From an uncultured Chloroflexia bacterium (GTDB taxonomy: Bacteria > Chloroflexota > Limnocylindria > QHBO01): a DNA stretch of 64,000 nt. Shown piece after piece: positions 20,315-28,967 of this stretch. Both the position numbers and the translations under genes were made by a program. Location: the NCBI GenBank assembly GCA_963814375.1, contig CAWFCQ010000003.1, forward strand, positions 96,001 to 160,000, read 5' to 3'. Within the stretch, counting starts at the first letter, position 1; each line of letters starts with the position of its first letter. Below the pieces are notes generated by a model. It saw only the letters and a program-made list of their open reading frames with translations, was not told where the DNA came from and ran no database searches.

Positions 20315-20644
20315 ATGAAGCTGGTTACCGCGATCGTCCATAACGAGGACGCCGGGACGCTCGTCGACGCACTGCTCGAGAAGGAGTACCGCGCAACGCG
20401 GGTCAACTCGTCGGGCGGATTTCTGAAGCAGGGAAATGCCACGATCCTCGTCGGGGTCGAGGACGACCAGGTCGATTCGGTGCTCGAGCTCATCAGCGCC
20501 AACTGCACGAGCCGCAAGCAGTTCGTGAACCCGATGCCGCCGATCATGGAGCCGGGCGAGTTCTACATGCCCTACCCGGTCGAGGTGGAGGTCGGCGGTG
20601 CGACGGTGTTCGTCCTGCCGGTGGAGCGCTTCGAGCGCCTCTGA
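20315..20644 (+). CDS. darA: Cyclic-di-AMP receptor, PII-like (DarA/PstA/YaaQ)
   Basis: MKLVTAIV..ED, SSGGFLKQGNATILVG, VEVGGATVFVLPVERF. Sits near tmk, as in Firmicutes. Confidence 0.92.
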   Translation: MKLVTAIVHNEDAGTLVDALLEKEYRATRVNSSGGFLKQGNATILVGVEDDQVDSVLELISANCTSRKQFVNPMPPIMEPGEFYMPYPVEVEVGGATVFVLPVERFERL

Positions 20645-20647
20645 GGC

Positions 20648-20873
20648 TCGGCCCGCGTAGCAGCGCACGATGTGGCGAGCGAAATGCGCGCGAGGGCCGT
20701 CGAGCGTGTCAATTTCGCGGTAGATCGAGCGCGAGGGTGCGTAACGGGCGCCCACAGGCGCGGCTCGTGCGCATCGGTGCTCGACCCGGCGTGCAATTCG
20801 CGCCTGTCGAGCCGCCCTGGTGGAGATCGCCCGATTGATCGAGCGCCACGTCAGCTGCCGGCACGCGGCCGAG
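20648..20873. repeat. Long imperfect palindrome (rod-like hairpin)
   Basis: Arms CTCGGCCCGCGT...GTGGCG / CGCCACGT...ACGCGGCCGAG; inner TCGAGCGC / GTGCTCGA; apex near GGCGCCCACAGGCGC. Confidence 0.6.
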
Positions 20874-20885
20874 GATAATTCGGCC

Positions 20886-21497
20886 GTGAGCACGAACACC
20901 CCTGCCTGGGCCATCGATCTGGAGCGTGATGCGCCAGACGTCGTCGTCTGCTGGCACGCGCTCGACAACACATTCTCCGGCCTGAAGGCGCTTCGCCGAG
21001 AGCTCCGCGCCAGGGTCGCCACCGGCGACGCGTCCCGGATCCTGGCGCAGCAGGAGGCCGCGGGCGACGCCCTCGAGCGGGTGTTGCGCGCCATGCCCGA
21101 GCCGCTGCTGCGCGCCCCGGGCGGCGAGGAGGATTGGAACGTGGCGCAGGCCTTCGCGCACACCACCGCCGCCCGGCGGTTCCTCGGGACGTGGGCCGCG
21201 CTCGACGCGGGCGGCGAGTGGCCCGCAGAGCGCGCCCCGACCGTGACCCCGTCTGTGCCGGGCCGCCCTGACGCCACCCGCGAGGAGCTGTTGGTCCTGC
21301 TCGACAAGTCGAGGCGAGCGATCAGGGAGGCGGCGGAGCGCATCGAGGGCAACGAACGCCAGCGCTGCGGCATGCAGCACCCGCTGGTGGGCCGTCTGCG
21401 CTGCGGGGAGTGGCTCCTCTTCCTGGGCATCCACGACTGCATGCATCTCGAGCAGCTCCACGGCCTCCTCGCAGCGCACGGACGCGCCGATGCCTGA
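20886..21497 (+). CDS. DinB/YfiT-family protein
   Basis: WNVAQAFAH and IHDCMHLEQL His triad. GTG lies 6 nt after GATAAT (leaderless). Confidence 0.8.
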   Translation: MSTNTPAWAIDLERDAPDVVVCWHALDNTFSGLKALRRELRARVATGDASRILAQQEAAGDALERVLRAMPEPLLRAPGGEEDWNVAQAFAHTTAARRFLGTWAALDAGGEWPAERAPTVTPSVPGRPDATREELLVLLDKSRRAIREAAERIEGNERQRCGMQHPLVGRLRCGEWLLFLGIHDCMHLEQLHGLLAAHGRADA

Positions 21498-22620
21498 GCG
21501 CCCGGCGCCCCTCGTCCTGGTCACGACCCCGCCCGAGGGCCAGCCGTTCGGGTCGCATGCCGCCGTCGCGGCCGACGGGCAGCGGCTCCTGGCCACCGAT
21601 CTCTCCCGACGGCTCGGCCGCCTCGGGGCGGCGGTCGCGCCGTTGCCGCCCGGCGCGCCGGACGCCGGCGAGCCCTTCCATTGGGGCCGATGGTTCACCG
21701 CGGCGGCCCGCCGGTCCCTCGCCGACGCGGCCGAACCGCTCGACGCCATCGGCTATGCCGGTGGCTCTGCGCTCTCGCTGGTCGCCGACGATGACCTGGA
21801 TGCGCTTCTCTCGCCGATCCCCGGCGAGGTCGTGGCCAACAACCGCTTCAGCGCCGATGCGTTCGTCGTGGCCGGCGAGCTCGACGCAGCCTTGGGGGCG
21901 CTCGAGGGTTGCCCGAGTGACAACGCCGCACCACGCCGGCTGAGCGAGGCGGGATTCGCCTGGCGCGATCTTGGCGAGGCGGCGTGGGCCCGGTTCGACG
22001 TGGACACGACCCTCGACCTGGCGTTGCTCCGGCTCGCCACCCGCCTGCCCGGCACGCGCTCTCCGGAGCCATCGGTGGCGGCATTCCTGGAGATGGCGCG
22101 CGTGCCCGGCGACCGGCCGCTCGAGGTGCCGAACCTCGCGCCCATCGGCGAGGTCATCCGCGATCAACGTGCCGAGCTGGTGGTGGCGGGTCGGGTCCCG
22201 GGCTCGACCCAGCAGCACCTCGAGACCGAGACGGCCTGCCGCGTCCGATCCATCGTCGAGGAGCGCGGGATGCGCTCGGCGCGGGAAGGGCGGCCACCTC
22301 GCTCCATCCTGTCGGCGCTCATGGAGCGATCCTCACCCGCTGAGCTCATCGGCGAGCTTGCGCGTCTCGGCGACGCGGTCGTGCTCGACACGCGAGTGCT
22401 GATGGCGGCGGTGGCTGAGTCGGCGGAGGCCTCGGCCTGGCCGCTGGAGGAGGATCGCTTCGCGTCCGACTTCGGCGATCACGCGCGCATCTCGACGCCG
22501 TGGCTGAGGGATCTGACCGAGGCGGCCGCGGACGCGCAGGTGCCCTTCCTGTTCGGCGGCCACGCCCTCGTCAGCGATGGCCTGCGACTGATCGTGGCCG
22601 CTGCATGGCAGGGCCGTTGA
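21490..22620 (+). CDS. Hypothetical protein, CofC/nucleotidyltransferase-like fold
   Basis: NNRFSAD, DNAAP, RFDVDTTLDL (cf. CofC DVDTPxDL), EERGMR, FGGHALVSDGL. Confidence 0.5.
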   Translation: MPERPAPLVLVTTPPEGQPFGSHAAVAADGQRLLATDLSRRLGRLGAAVAPLPPGAPDAGEPFHWGRWFTAAARRSLADAAEPLDAIGYAGGSALSLVADDDLDALLSPIPGEVVANNRFSADAFVVAGELDAALGALEGCPSDNAAPRRLSEAGFAWRDLGEAAWARFDVDTTLDLALLRLATRLPGTRSPEPSVAAFLEMARVPGDRPLEVPNLAPIGEVIRDQRAELVVAGRVPGSTQQHLETETACRVRSIVEERGMRSAREGRPPRSILSALMERSSPAELIGELARLGDAVVLDTRVLMAAVAESAEASAWPLEEDRFASDFGDHARISTPWLRDLTEAAADAQVPFLFGGHALVSDGLRLIVAAAWQGR

Positions 22621-22770
22621 TGTGGCGGGATGAGCGTGGATCGGCGCCAGGGTCCCCCTGCTAGACTGTGATCGAGGCGCCCGCCTCGTGCAGCGTCTCG
22701 CCAACGATTGACAACATCGCGGACCGCGAGGTCCGCTCAGCAATCACCGCGCGTTGCGACCGGAGTGGAG

Positions 22771-23130
22771 ATGGATCACACCGGACTGCTCTACGTCATC
22801 GGTTTCGGGTTCGCCGCGACGACGTTCGTCTTCGGGACGATCCTGTTCAGCTGGCTGATCACCCATCGGCGCCGCAGCCCTCAGAAGGGCCTCCCGTACG
22901 AGTCGGGCGTCGACACCATCGGTGACACCTGGAGCCGGTTCGGACTGGCCTTCTATCTGTACGCCCTGCTCTTCGTGGCCTTCGACGTCGAGATCATCTT
23001 CGTCTACCTGTGGGCCATCACGGTGCGGGCCATCGAGTTCCAGGGGATCGTCCTGATCGGCATCTTCCTTGCGATCTTGATGTTCGGCGAGCTGTACGCG
23101 TGGAAGAAGGGGGACCTGCGATGGCAATAG
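22771..23130 (+). CDS. nuoA: Complex I subunit A
   Basis: [35 protein letters not shown] -10 at 22662. Confidence 0.95.
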   Translation: MDHTGLLYVIGFGFAATTFVFGTILFSWLITHRRRSPQKGLPYESGVDTIGDTWSRFGLAFYLYALLFVAFDVEIIFVYLWAITVRAIEFQGIVLIGIFLAILMFGELYAWKKGDLRWQ

Positions 23131-23801
23131 ACCGAACGCCTCCGAGCGGCCACACCGAACCGCCCACGTCCGGAACCGAGCTCGTCGCCAACGACGGCGG
23201 GGGGCAGATCATCATCCCCGAGGGCGCGGGCGACGCCGATCTGCTGCGCCCGTTCGGGATGGAGGAGCATCCGCAGGGCGGGTTCCACGGCCTGCTCGAG
23301 GTGATTCCGACCAAAGCCGACCTCATCCTCGACCTGATCCGGGCGAACTCGCTATGGCCGCTCCTCTCGGGCCTGTCGTGCTGCGCGATCGAGATGATGA
23401 GCACGGCCACGAGCGTCAACGACATCGACCGATTCGGCTCGTTTCCGTTCCGTGCCAGCCCGCGACAGGCCGATGTTCTGATCGTGGCGGGGACACTCAC
23501 GACCAAGATGGCCGGGCCGCTCGTGCGCCTCTGGGAGCAGATGCCCGAGCCGAAATGGGTCGTGGCGATGGGGACCTGCACGACATCCGGCGGCCGCTTC
23601 AAGCGCTCCTACTCGGTCGTCCAGGGAGTCGACCGGGTCATGCCCGTCGATGTCTACGTGCCGGGCTGCCCGCCGCGCCCGGAGGGCCTCATCTACGGGA
23701 TGATGAAGCTCCACGAGCTCGTGAAGCAGCGGCGCGGCGAATGGAGCACGTTCGTCGACCGCGGACCGCAGCGGACGCGCTGGGAAGGAGACGTTCGCTG
23801 A
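23121..23801 (+). CDS. nuoB: Complex I subunit B
   Basis: [33 protein letters not shown]. Confidence 0.96.
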   Translation: MAIDRTPPSGHTEPPTSGTELVANDGGGQIIIPEGAGDADLLRPFGMEEHPQGGFHGLLEVIPTKADLILDLIRANSLWPLLSGLSCCAIEMMSTATSVNDIDRFGSFPFRASPRQADVLIVAGTLTTKMAGPLVRLWEQMPEPKWVVAMGTCTTSGGRFKRSYSVVQGVDRVMPVDVYVPGCPPRPEGLIYGMMKLHELVKQRRGEWSTFVDRGPQRTRWEGDVR

Positions 23802-24439
23802 GCACGCCCGCGACCGCAGGCTCGCTCGTCCGAACCCTCACCGAGCGCCTGGGCCCCGACGTCGGCGACCTCTGGACCGATGAGGACACCGTCGAGTTCT
23901 CGATCGACGGTGCGCGCAACCTCGAGGTCCTGGCGCAGCTGCGCGACGATCCCGACCTCGGCTTCTTCATGCTGGCCGACGAGGCTGCCGTGGACTACGG
24001 CGTCGGCGCCCACTTCGAGGTGGTGTATCACCTGTTCAGCTGGAAGCACCCCGCCTGGCTTCGCGTGCGCGCCAAGGTCGACCGCGCCGACCCGCGCATC
24101 CGCTCCGTTACCCACCTGTGGGAGGGCGCGATGTTTCACGAGCGCGAGGCCTACGACATGATGGGCATCGTGTTCGAAGGCAACCGCGACCTGCGCCGGA
24201 TCTACATGTCGCCCGACTACCGCAGCTTCCCGCAGCGTCGCGACTTCATCCTGCCCGACGACGCCGCCGACTCGCCCGCCGCCGGCGTCAATCCGCTGGA
24301 GCGACCGGAGACGTGGGACCTTGCCCGCTTCCGTGACGCGCCGGCGGTGACGTATCCACCCGCGTCCGAGCGTGAGGACGCGCCGGCCGAGCGGGTCGAG
24401 TCTGGCGAGACGCTGGCCGATCGGAGCCGGCCGCGATGA
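23798..24439 (+). CDS. nuoC: Complex I subunit C (probable CTG start)
   Basis: [31 protein letters not shown] overlaps the nuoB TGA, with AAGGAG 7 nt upstream. Confidence 0.9.
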   Translation: MSTPATAGSLVRTLTERLGPDVGDLWTDEDTVEFSIDGARNLEVLAQLRDDPDLGFFMLADEAAVDYGVGAHFEVVYHLFSWKHPAWLRVRAKVDRADPRIRSVTHLWEGAMFHEREAYDMMGIVFEGNRDLRRIYMSPDYRSFPQRRDFILPDDAADSPAAGVNPLERPETWDLARFRDAPAVTYPPASEREDAPAERVESGETLADRSRPR

Positions 24440-25719
24440 CGACGACTGATCCGGAGGTCCGCATCCCGGACCCGATCGAGCTCGACCGGGCCGAGGAGGC
24501 CCGCCTGCGTGCCGCCTCCGGTTTGACGCCGCCCGTCGAGCGGCGGCCCGAGTACGCCGGCTTCGAGTCGGTCGGGATCCCGGACCGGCCGCCGCAGACG
24601 GACCGCGAGCGAGACGTCTACAGCCTCGAGGAGGGCGAGATGCTCCTCAACATGGGGCCACAGCATCCGTCCACCCACGGTGTCATGCGCCTGGTCGTGA
24701 AGGTGCGCGGCGAGGTCATCATCGACATCGACCCGGTGCTCGGCTACCTCCATCGCGGGATCGAGAAGCTGTGCGAGAACGCGACCTACACGACCGTGCT
24801 CACCTACGTCGACCCGATGGACTACCTCGGCACGATGCACAACGAACACGCCCCGGCCATCGCCTTCGAGAAGCTGTACGGCATCCGGCCGCCGAAGCGG
24901 GCCGAGTACATCCGCGCGCTGGTGGTGGAGCTGAACCGCATCTTCAGCCACGGCCTGATGATGGGCTTCCTGGCGCTCGACATGGGCGGGCTGACCCCGA
25001 TCCTCTACAGCTTCATCAACCGCGACGAGATCGTCGACATGCTGTCGGCCATCAGCGGACAGCGGATGCTCTTCAACTTCTTCCGCGTCGGCGGCGTGAA
25101 CTGGGACACCAACGACGAGTTCCTCTCGCGGCTGGGGACGTGGCGCGGCACCGTCATGAAGAACATCGAGATGAACGAGCGGATGATCACGGAGAACGAG
25201 ATCTTCACCGCCCGGACGCGCGGGATGGGCGTCCTGACCGGCGACGAGGCCATCTCGCTCGGTGTCACCGGCCCGAACCTGCGAGCGTCCGGCGTGCCGT
25301 TCGACGTGCGCAAGGCCCACCCGTACTCGATCTACCACGAGCTCGAGTTCGACGTCATCACCCACCAGACCGGCGACTCGTACGCCCGCTACCTCCAGCG
25401 CATCGCCGAGGTCAAGCAGAGCATCCACCTCATCGACCAGATCGTGGACCGCATGCCGCACGGCGCGGTGCAGGCCCAGGTGCCGGGCATCATTCGCCCC
25501 AAGCCGGGCCGCGCCTACGGCGCCGTCGAGTCGCCGCGCGGGCTCTACAGCGTCTACGCCATCAGCGATGGCGGGCCCAACCCGTATCGGTTCCGAATGC
25601 GCGACCCGTCGTTCATCAGCCTCCAGGCGCTGCCCAAGGTCATGCCAGGCAAGCTCATCGCCGACACGATGGCGGTGATGGCCAGCTTCGACCCGGTCAT
25701 GGGCGGCGTGGACAAGTAG
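24436..25719 (+). CDS. nuoD: Complex I subunit D
   Basis: NMGPQHPSTHG, GYLHRGIEK, ESPRG, DPVMGGVDK. No NiFe-binding CxxC pairs. Confidence 0.96.
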   Translation: MTTTDPEVRIPDPIELDRAEEARLRAASGLTPPVERRPEYAGFESVGIPDRPPQTDRERDVYSLEEGEMLLNMGPQHPSTHGVMRLVVKVRGEVIIDIDPVLGYLHRGIEKLCENATYTTVLTYVDPMDYLGTMHNEHAPAIAFEKLYGIRPPKRAEYIRALVVELNRIFSHGLMMGFLALDMGGLTPILYSFINRDEIVDMLSAISGQRMLFNFFRVGGVNWDTNDEFLSRLGTWRGTVMKNIEMNERMITENEIFTARTRGMGVLTGDEAISLGVTGPNLRASGVPFDVRKAHPYSIYHELEFDVITHQTGDSYARYLQRIAEVKQSIHLIDQIVDRMPHGAVQAQVPGIIRPKPGRAYGAVESPRGLYSVYAISDGGPNPYRFRMRDPSFISLQALPKVMPGKLIADTMAVMASFDPVMGGVDK

Positions 25720-25746
25720 CCGATGGCCCCATAGATGGCTGTATAG

Positions 25747-26757
25747 ATGGACTGGGAGCTCGTCCTCGGCCTCGGGCGCTTCGTGCTTGCCACGACGCTG
25801 ATCCTGCTGCTCACCGTGCCGACCGCGTTCGTGATCATCCAGATGGAGATGAAGATCATCGCCCAGCTGGCGCTGCGCTTCGGGCCGAACCGGATCGGTC
25901 CGCGCGGCATTTTCCAGAGCACCATCCACGGCTTCAAGGTGCTCGCCAAGGAGGACACCGTCCCCGACCAGGCCGACCGGGTCGCCTTCACGATGGCCCC
26001 CTGGATGGTGTACATGGCGGCGGCGATGAGCATGCTCGTCATGCCCTTCGCGCCCGGGGCGATCGCGGCCGACATGAACATCGGCATCGTCTACTTCTTC
26101 GCCGTCCTCGGTCTCTCGGTGGTCGGCCTGCTCGTGGCCGGGTGGGCCAGCTACAACAAGTACTCGCTGCTCGGCGGGCTGCGCTCCGCGGCGCAGATGG
26201 TGAGCTACGAGATCCCGCTGACCCTGTCCATCGTCGGGGCGGTCGTCCTGGCCGGGACCCTCAGCTTCAGCGAGCTCATCGCCTGGCAGCTGGAGCACGG
26301 CTGGCTGCTCTGGTGGCAGCCGGTCGGCCTCGCCATCTTCTACGTCGCCAGCCTGGCCGAGATCAACCGCACTCCGTTCGACATGGTCGAGGCCGACAGC
26401 GAGCTGGTGGCGGGCCCGTTCACCGAGTACTCCGGGATGCGCTTCGGCTTCTTCTTCTTCGCTGAGTACGTCGCGCTGTTCATCATGAGCGGCATCCTCA
26501 TCAGCCTCTTCTTCGGCGGCTGGCTGGCGCCGTGGCCATTTCCGGCCCAGCTGGGCGGGTTCGCCGGGACGCTGTACGGCATCTTTTGGTTCTTCCTCAA
26601 GACCTACATCTTCGTGGCGATCGCGGTCTGGCTGCGCGGCACCCTGCCCCGCGTCCGGGTCGACCAGCTGATGGGCATGGCCTGGAAGGTCCTGCTGCCG
26701 CTGGCGCTCATCAACCTGTTCGTCACGGCCATCGCGGTCGTCGTCTTCGAGCTGTAG
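25747..26757 (+). CDS. nuoH: Complex I subunit H
   Basis: GPNRIG, KYSLLGGLRSAAQMVSYE, NRTPFD...EADSELVAG, PRVRVDQLM. Confidence 0.96.
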   Translation: MDWELVLGLGRFVLATTLILLLTVPTAFVIIQMEMKIIAQLALRFGPNRIGPRGIFQSTIHGFKVLAKEDTVPDQADRVAFTMAPWMVYMAAAMSMLVMPFAPGAIAADMNIGIVYFFAVLGLSVVGLLVAGWASYNKYSLLGGLRSAAQMVSYEIPLTLSIVGAVVLAGTLSFSELIAWQLEHGWLLWWQPVGLAIFYVASLAEINRTPFDMVEADSELVAGPFTEYSGMRFGFFFFAEYVALFIMSGILISLFFGGWLAPWPFPAQLGGFAGTLYGIFWFFLKTYIFVAIAVWLRGTLPRVRVDQLMGMAWKVLLPLALINLFVTAIAVVVFEL

Positions 26758-26769
26758 GAGGACGGACCG

Positions 26770-27609
26770 ATGGCGTTCCCCGGTGCCGGCATCGCCAAGG
26801 GCATGGCCACGACATTCCGCAACTTCTTCGCGCCCAAGGTGACGCGCCAGTACCCCGAGGAGCGGCCCCAGATCCCCGATCGCTGGCGCGGTCGGCTCGA
26901 CCTGATCTACGACCCCTTCGGCGAGCACAAGTGCGAGGTCTGCTTCCAGTGCGCGCAGGTCTGCCCGGTCGAGGCCATCGACATGAGCGGATTCGACTCG
27001 ACCGGGAACCGGATCCGATACGGCCTGCCCGAGATCTACGACGAGCGCAAGGACGCCAACGCCTACCGCCGAGCGGGTCTGCCGGCTCGGCCGATGCGCA
27101 ACGCCGCGCGCTGGGATGAGGCCGTCGACACGCCGTGGGTCGACGAGACGATCGACGCCTTCGGCGGCCGATCCGAGGCTCTGGTCGCGATCTTCCGGGC
27201 CGTCCAGGATCGCTACGGCTACCTGCCCGAGCATGCGCTGCGTCGGATCAGCGATCGGCTGACGATCCACTGGGCACAGGTCTTCGGCGCCGCCGGGCTG
27301 GGCGGCTTCCGCCTGCTCCCGGCCGGCGGCCACGTCATCACCGTGTGTGACTGTGCCGCCTGCCGCTTCGCGGGCGGCAGCGCGGTCCTGGCGGCGGTCG
27401 AGAGCGAGCTCGGCATCCGGGCGGGCGAGGAGACCCCGGACGGGACCTTCAGCCTGGAGCGCGGCACCGATGTCGGCGCGGGCTCGCTGAGCCCGGCGAT
27501 CCGCATCGACACCCTCGTATTCGGGCCGGTCGACGCCGCCAAGGCTCGGCACATCGTCGGAGAGCGCCGCGCCACCGCAGCGCGCCCTGCGAGCGGGGCC
27601 GTCAGCTGA
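26770..27609 (+). CDS. Fusion of the NuoI N-terminal half with a degenerate NuoE-like domain
   Basis: TRQYPEE...RWRG...CEVCFQCAQVCPVEAI carries only one ferredoxin motif. NuoE part: VQDRYGYLP, VCDCAAC, TPDGTFSL; the second CxxxC reads DVGAG. Confidence 0.85.
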   Translation: MAFPGAGIAKGMATTFRNFFAPKVTRQYPEERPQIPDRWRGRLDLIYDPFGEHKCEVCFQCAQVCPVEAIDMSGFDSTGNRIRYGLPEIYDERKDANAYRRAGLPARPMRNAARWDEAVDTPWVDETIDAFGGRSEALVAIFRAVQDRYGYLPEHALRRISDRLTIHWAQVFGAAGLGGFRLLPAGGHVITVCDCAACRFAGGSAVLAAVESELGIRAGEETPDGTFSLERGTDVGAGSLSPAIRIDTLVFGPVDAAKARHIVGERRATAARPASGAVS

Positions 27610-28961
27610 TGGCCAGCACGATCTCCCCCCAGATCAGCATTCTGCCCGGCGGCGAGCACCGCCTGCTGACCGACATCGGTCGGGTCGACCCTACGAGCCT
27701 CGCCAGCTATCGCGAGCGCGGCGGGTACGGCGGCCTCGAGCGTGCGGTCACACGCCTCGCTCCAGAGGAGGTCATCGGTGAAATCGAGGCAGCCGGGCTA
27801 CGCGGCCGCGGAGGCTCCGGCTACTCGACCGGCGCGAAGTGGCGCGTCGCGCGGGAGGCGCCCGGCGACCGCACGATCGTCGTCGCCAACCTCATGGGCG
27901 CGGATCCGAGCGCCCTCGGCGATCGGGCCCTGGCCGAGGGCAATCCGCACCTGGTCGTCGAGGGCGCGCTGATCGCCGCCTATGCCGTCGGAGCAACCGA
28001 GGCGATCATCGCCGTCCGCCGCGACTGGACCGATGCGATCGCGCGGCTCCGGGCCGCCGCGGCCGAGGCGACCGAGGCGCACCTGGCCGGCTACCTCGTG
28101 CTTGGCACCGACACGAGCATCCAGCTCAGCGTGTGGGAAGGGTCCGGGGCGTACGTCGCGGGAGAGGAGACAGCGCTGCTGAACGCCCTGGCCGGCGACC
28201 GCGGCATGCCGGCCATTCGTCCGCCGTATCCGGCCACGCGCGGCCTGGGAGACGCACCGACCGTCGTCCAGAACGGCGAGACCCTGGCGCATGTCGCGTG
28301 GATCCTGTCGCACTCGGCGGAGGCGTTCGCATCGGTCGGCAGCGCGGCCAGCCGGGGCACGAAGCTGGTCACGGTCATGGGGCGGGTCGGCGAGCCCGGC
28401 CTGGTCGAGGTCCCGCTGGGCACCTCGCTGCTCGACATCGTAACCCTCGCCGGCGGCGGCACCGGCGCGAGCAAGGCGGCCTTCGTGGGCGGGCCGGGCG
28501 GTGGCGCGATCGAGTCCGGCGCGTTCAGCGGCACGCCATACGACTACGAGGCGCTCGAGGCCGCCGGCGCGATCATCGGCTCGGGCGCCGTCCTCGTGGT
28601 GGATGCGGCAACCTGCATGGTCGACAGCGCTCGATTCTTCGTCGACTTCAGCGCCCGAGAGGCGTGCGGCAAGGCCGTCCCGTGCCGCATCGGTACCAAG
28701 CGCCTGGTCGAGGGGCTCGACCGCATCCTGGCCGGGACGCCCCGACCGAACGACTTCAATCTTCTCCGCGAGCTCTCGCGCAAGATGAGCGACACGGCGC
28801 TGTGCAAGCTCGAGCGCCTGGCGCCGGGACCGATCCTCACGACGCTCGATCGGTTCGGCGACGAGTACCGGGCGCATGCCGAGCGCGGCGAGTGCCTGGC
28901 CGGCGCCTGCGCCACCGGCGGGCTGCCGCCCCTCATCTCCCCGTTGGCCGGGCTAGAGTAG
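27609..28961 (+). CDS. nuoF: NuoF/HydB-like flavoprotein subunit with degenerate motifs
   Basis: GLRGRGGSGY, GAYVAGEETAL, PPYPA, NGETL, CGKAVPCRIG, C-terminal H...CLAGAC. Confidence 0.85.
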   Translation: MASTISPQISILPGGEHRLLTDIGRVDPTSLASYRERGGYGGLERAVTRLAPEEVIGEIEAAGLRGRGGSGYSTGAKWRVAREAPGDRTIVVANLMGADPSALGDRALAEGNPHLVVEGALIAAYAVGATEAIIAVRRDWTDAIARLRAAAAEATEAHLAGYLVLGTDTSIQLSVWEGSGAYVAGEETALLNALAGDRGMPAIRPPYPATRGLGDAPTVVQNGETLAHVAWILSHSAEAFASVGSAASRGTKLVTVMGRVGEPGLVEVPLGTSLLDIVTLAGGGTGASKAAFVGGPGGGAIESGAFSGTPYDYEALEAAGAIIGSGAVLVVDAATCMVDSARFFVDFSAREACGKAVPCRIGTKRLVEGLDRILAGTPRPNDFNLLRELSRKMSDTALCKLERLAPGPILTTLDRFGDEYRAHAERGECLAGACATGGLPPLISPLAGLE

Positions 28962-28967
28962 GCCGCG

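Noticed and set aside
24436-25719. Group 4 NiFe hydrogenase large subunit
   Set aside because: It has no Ni-binding CxxC motifs and carries the quinone-site GPQHPSTHG of NuoD.
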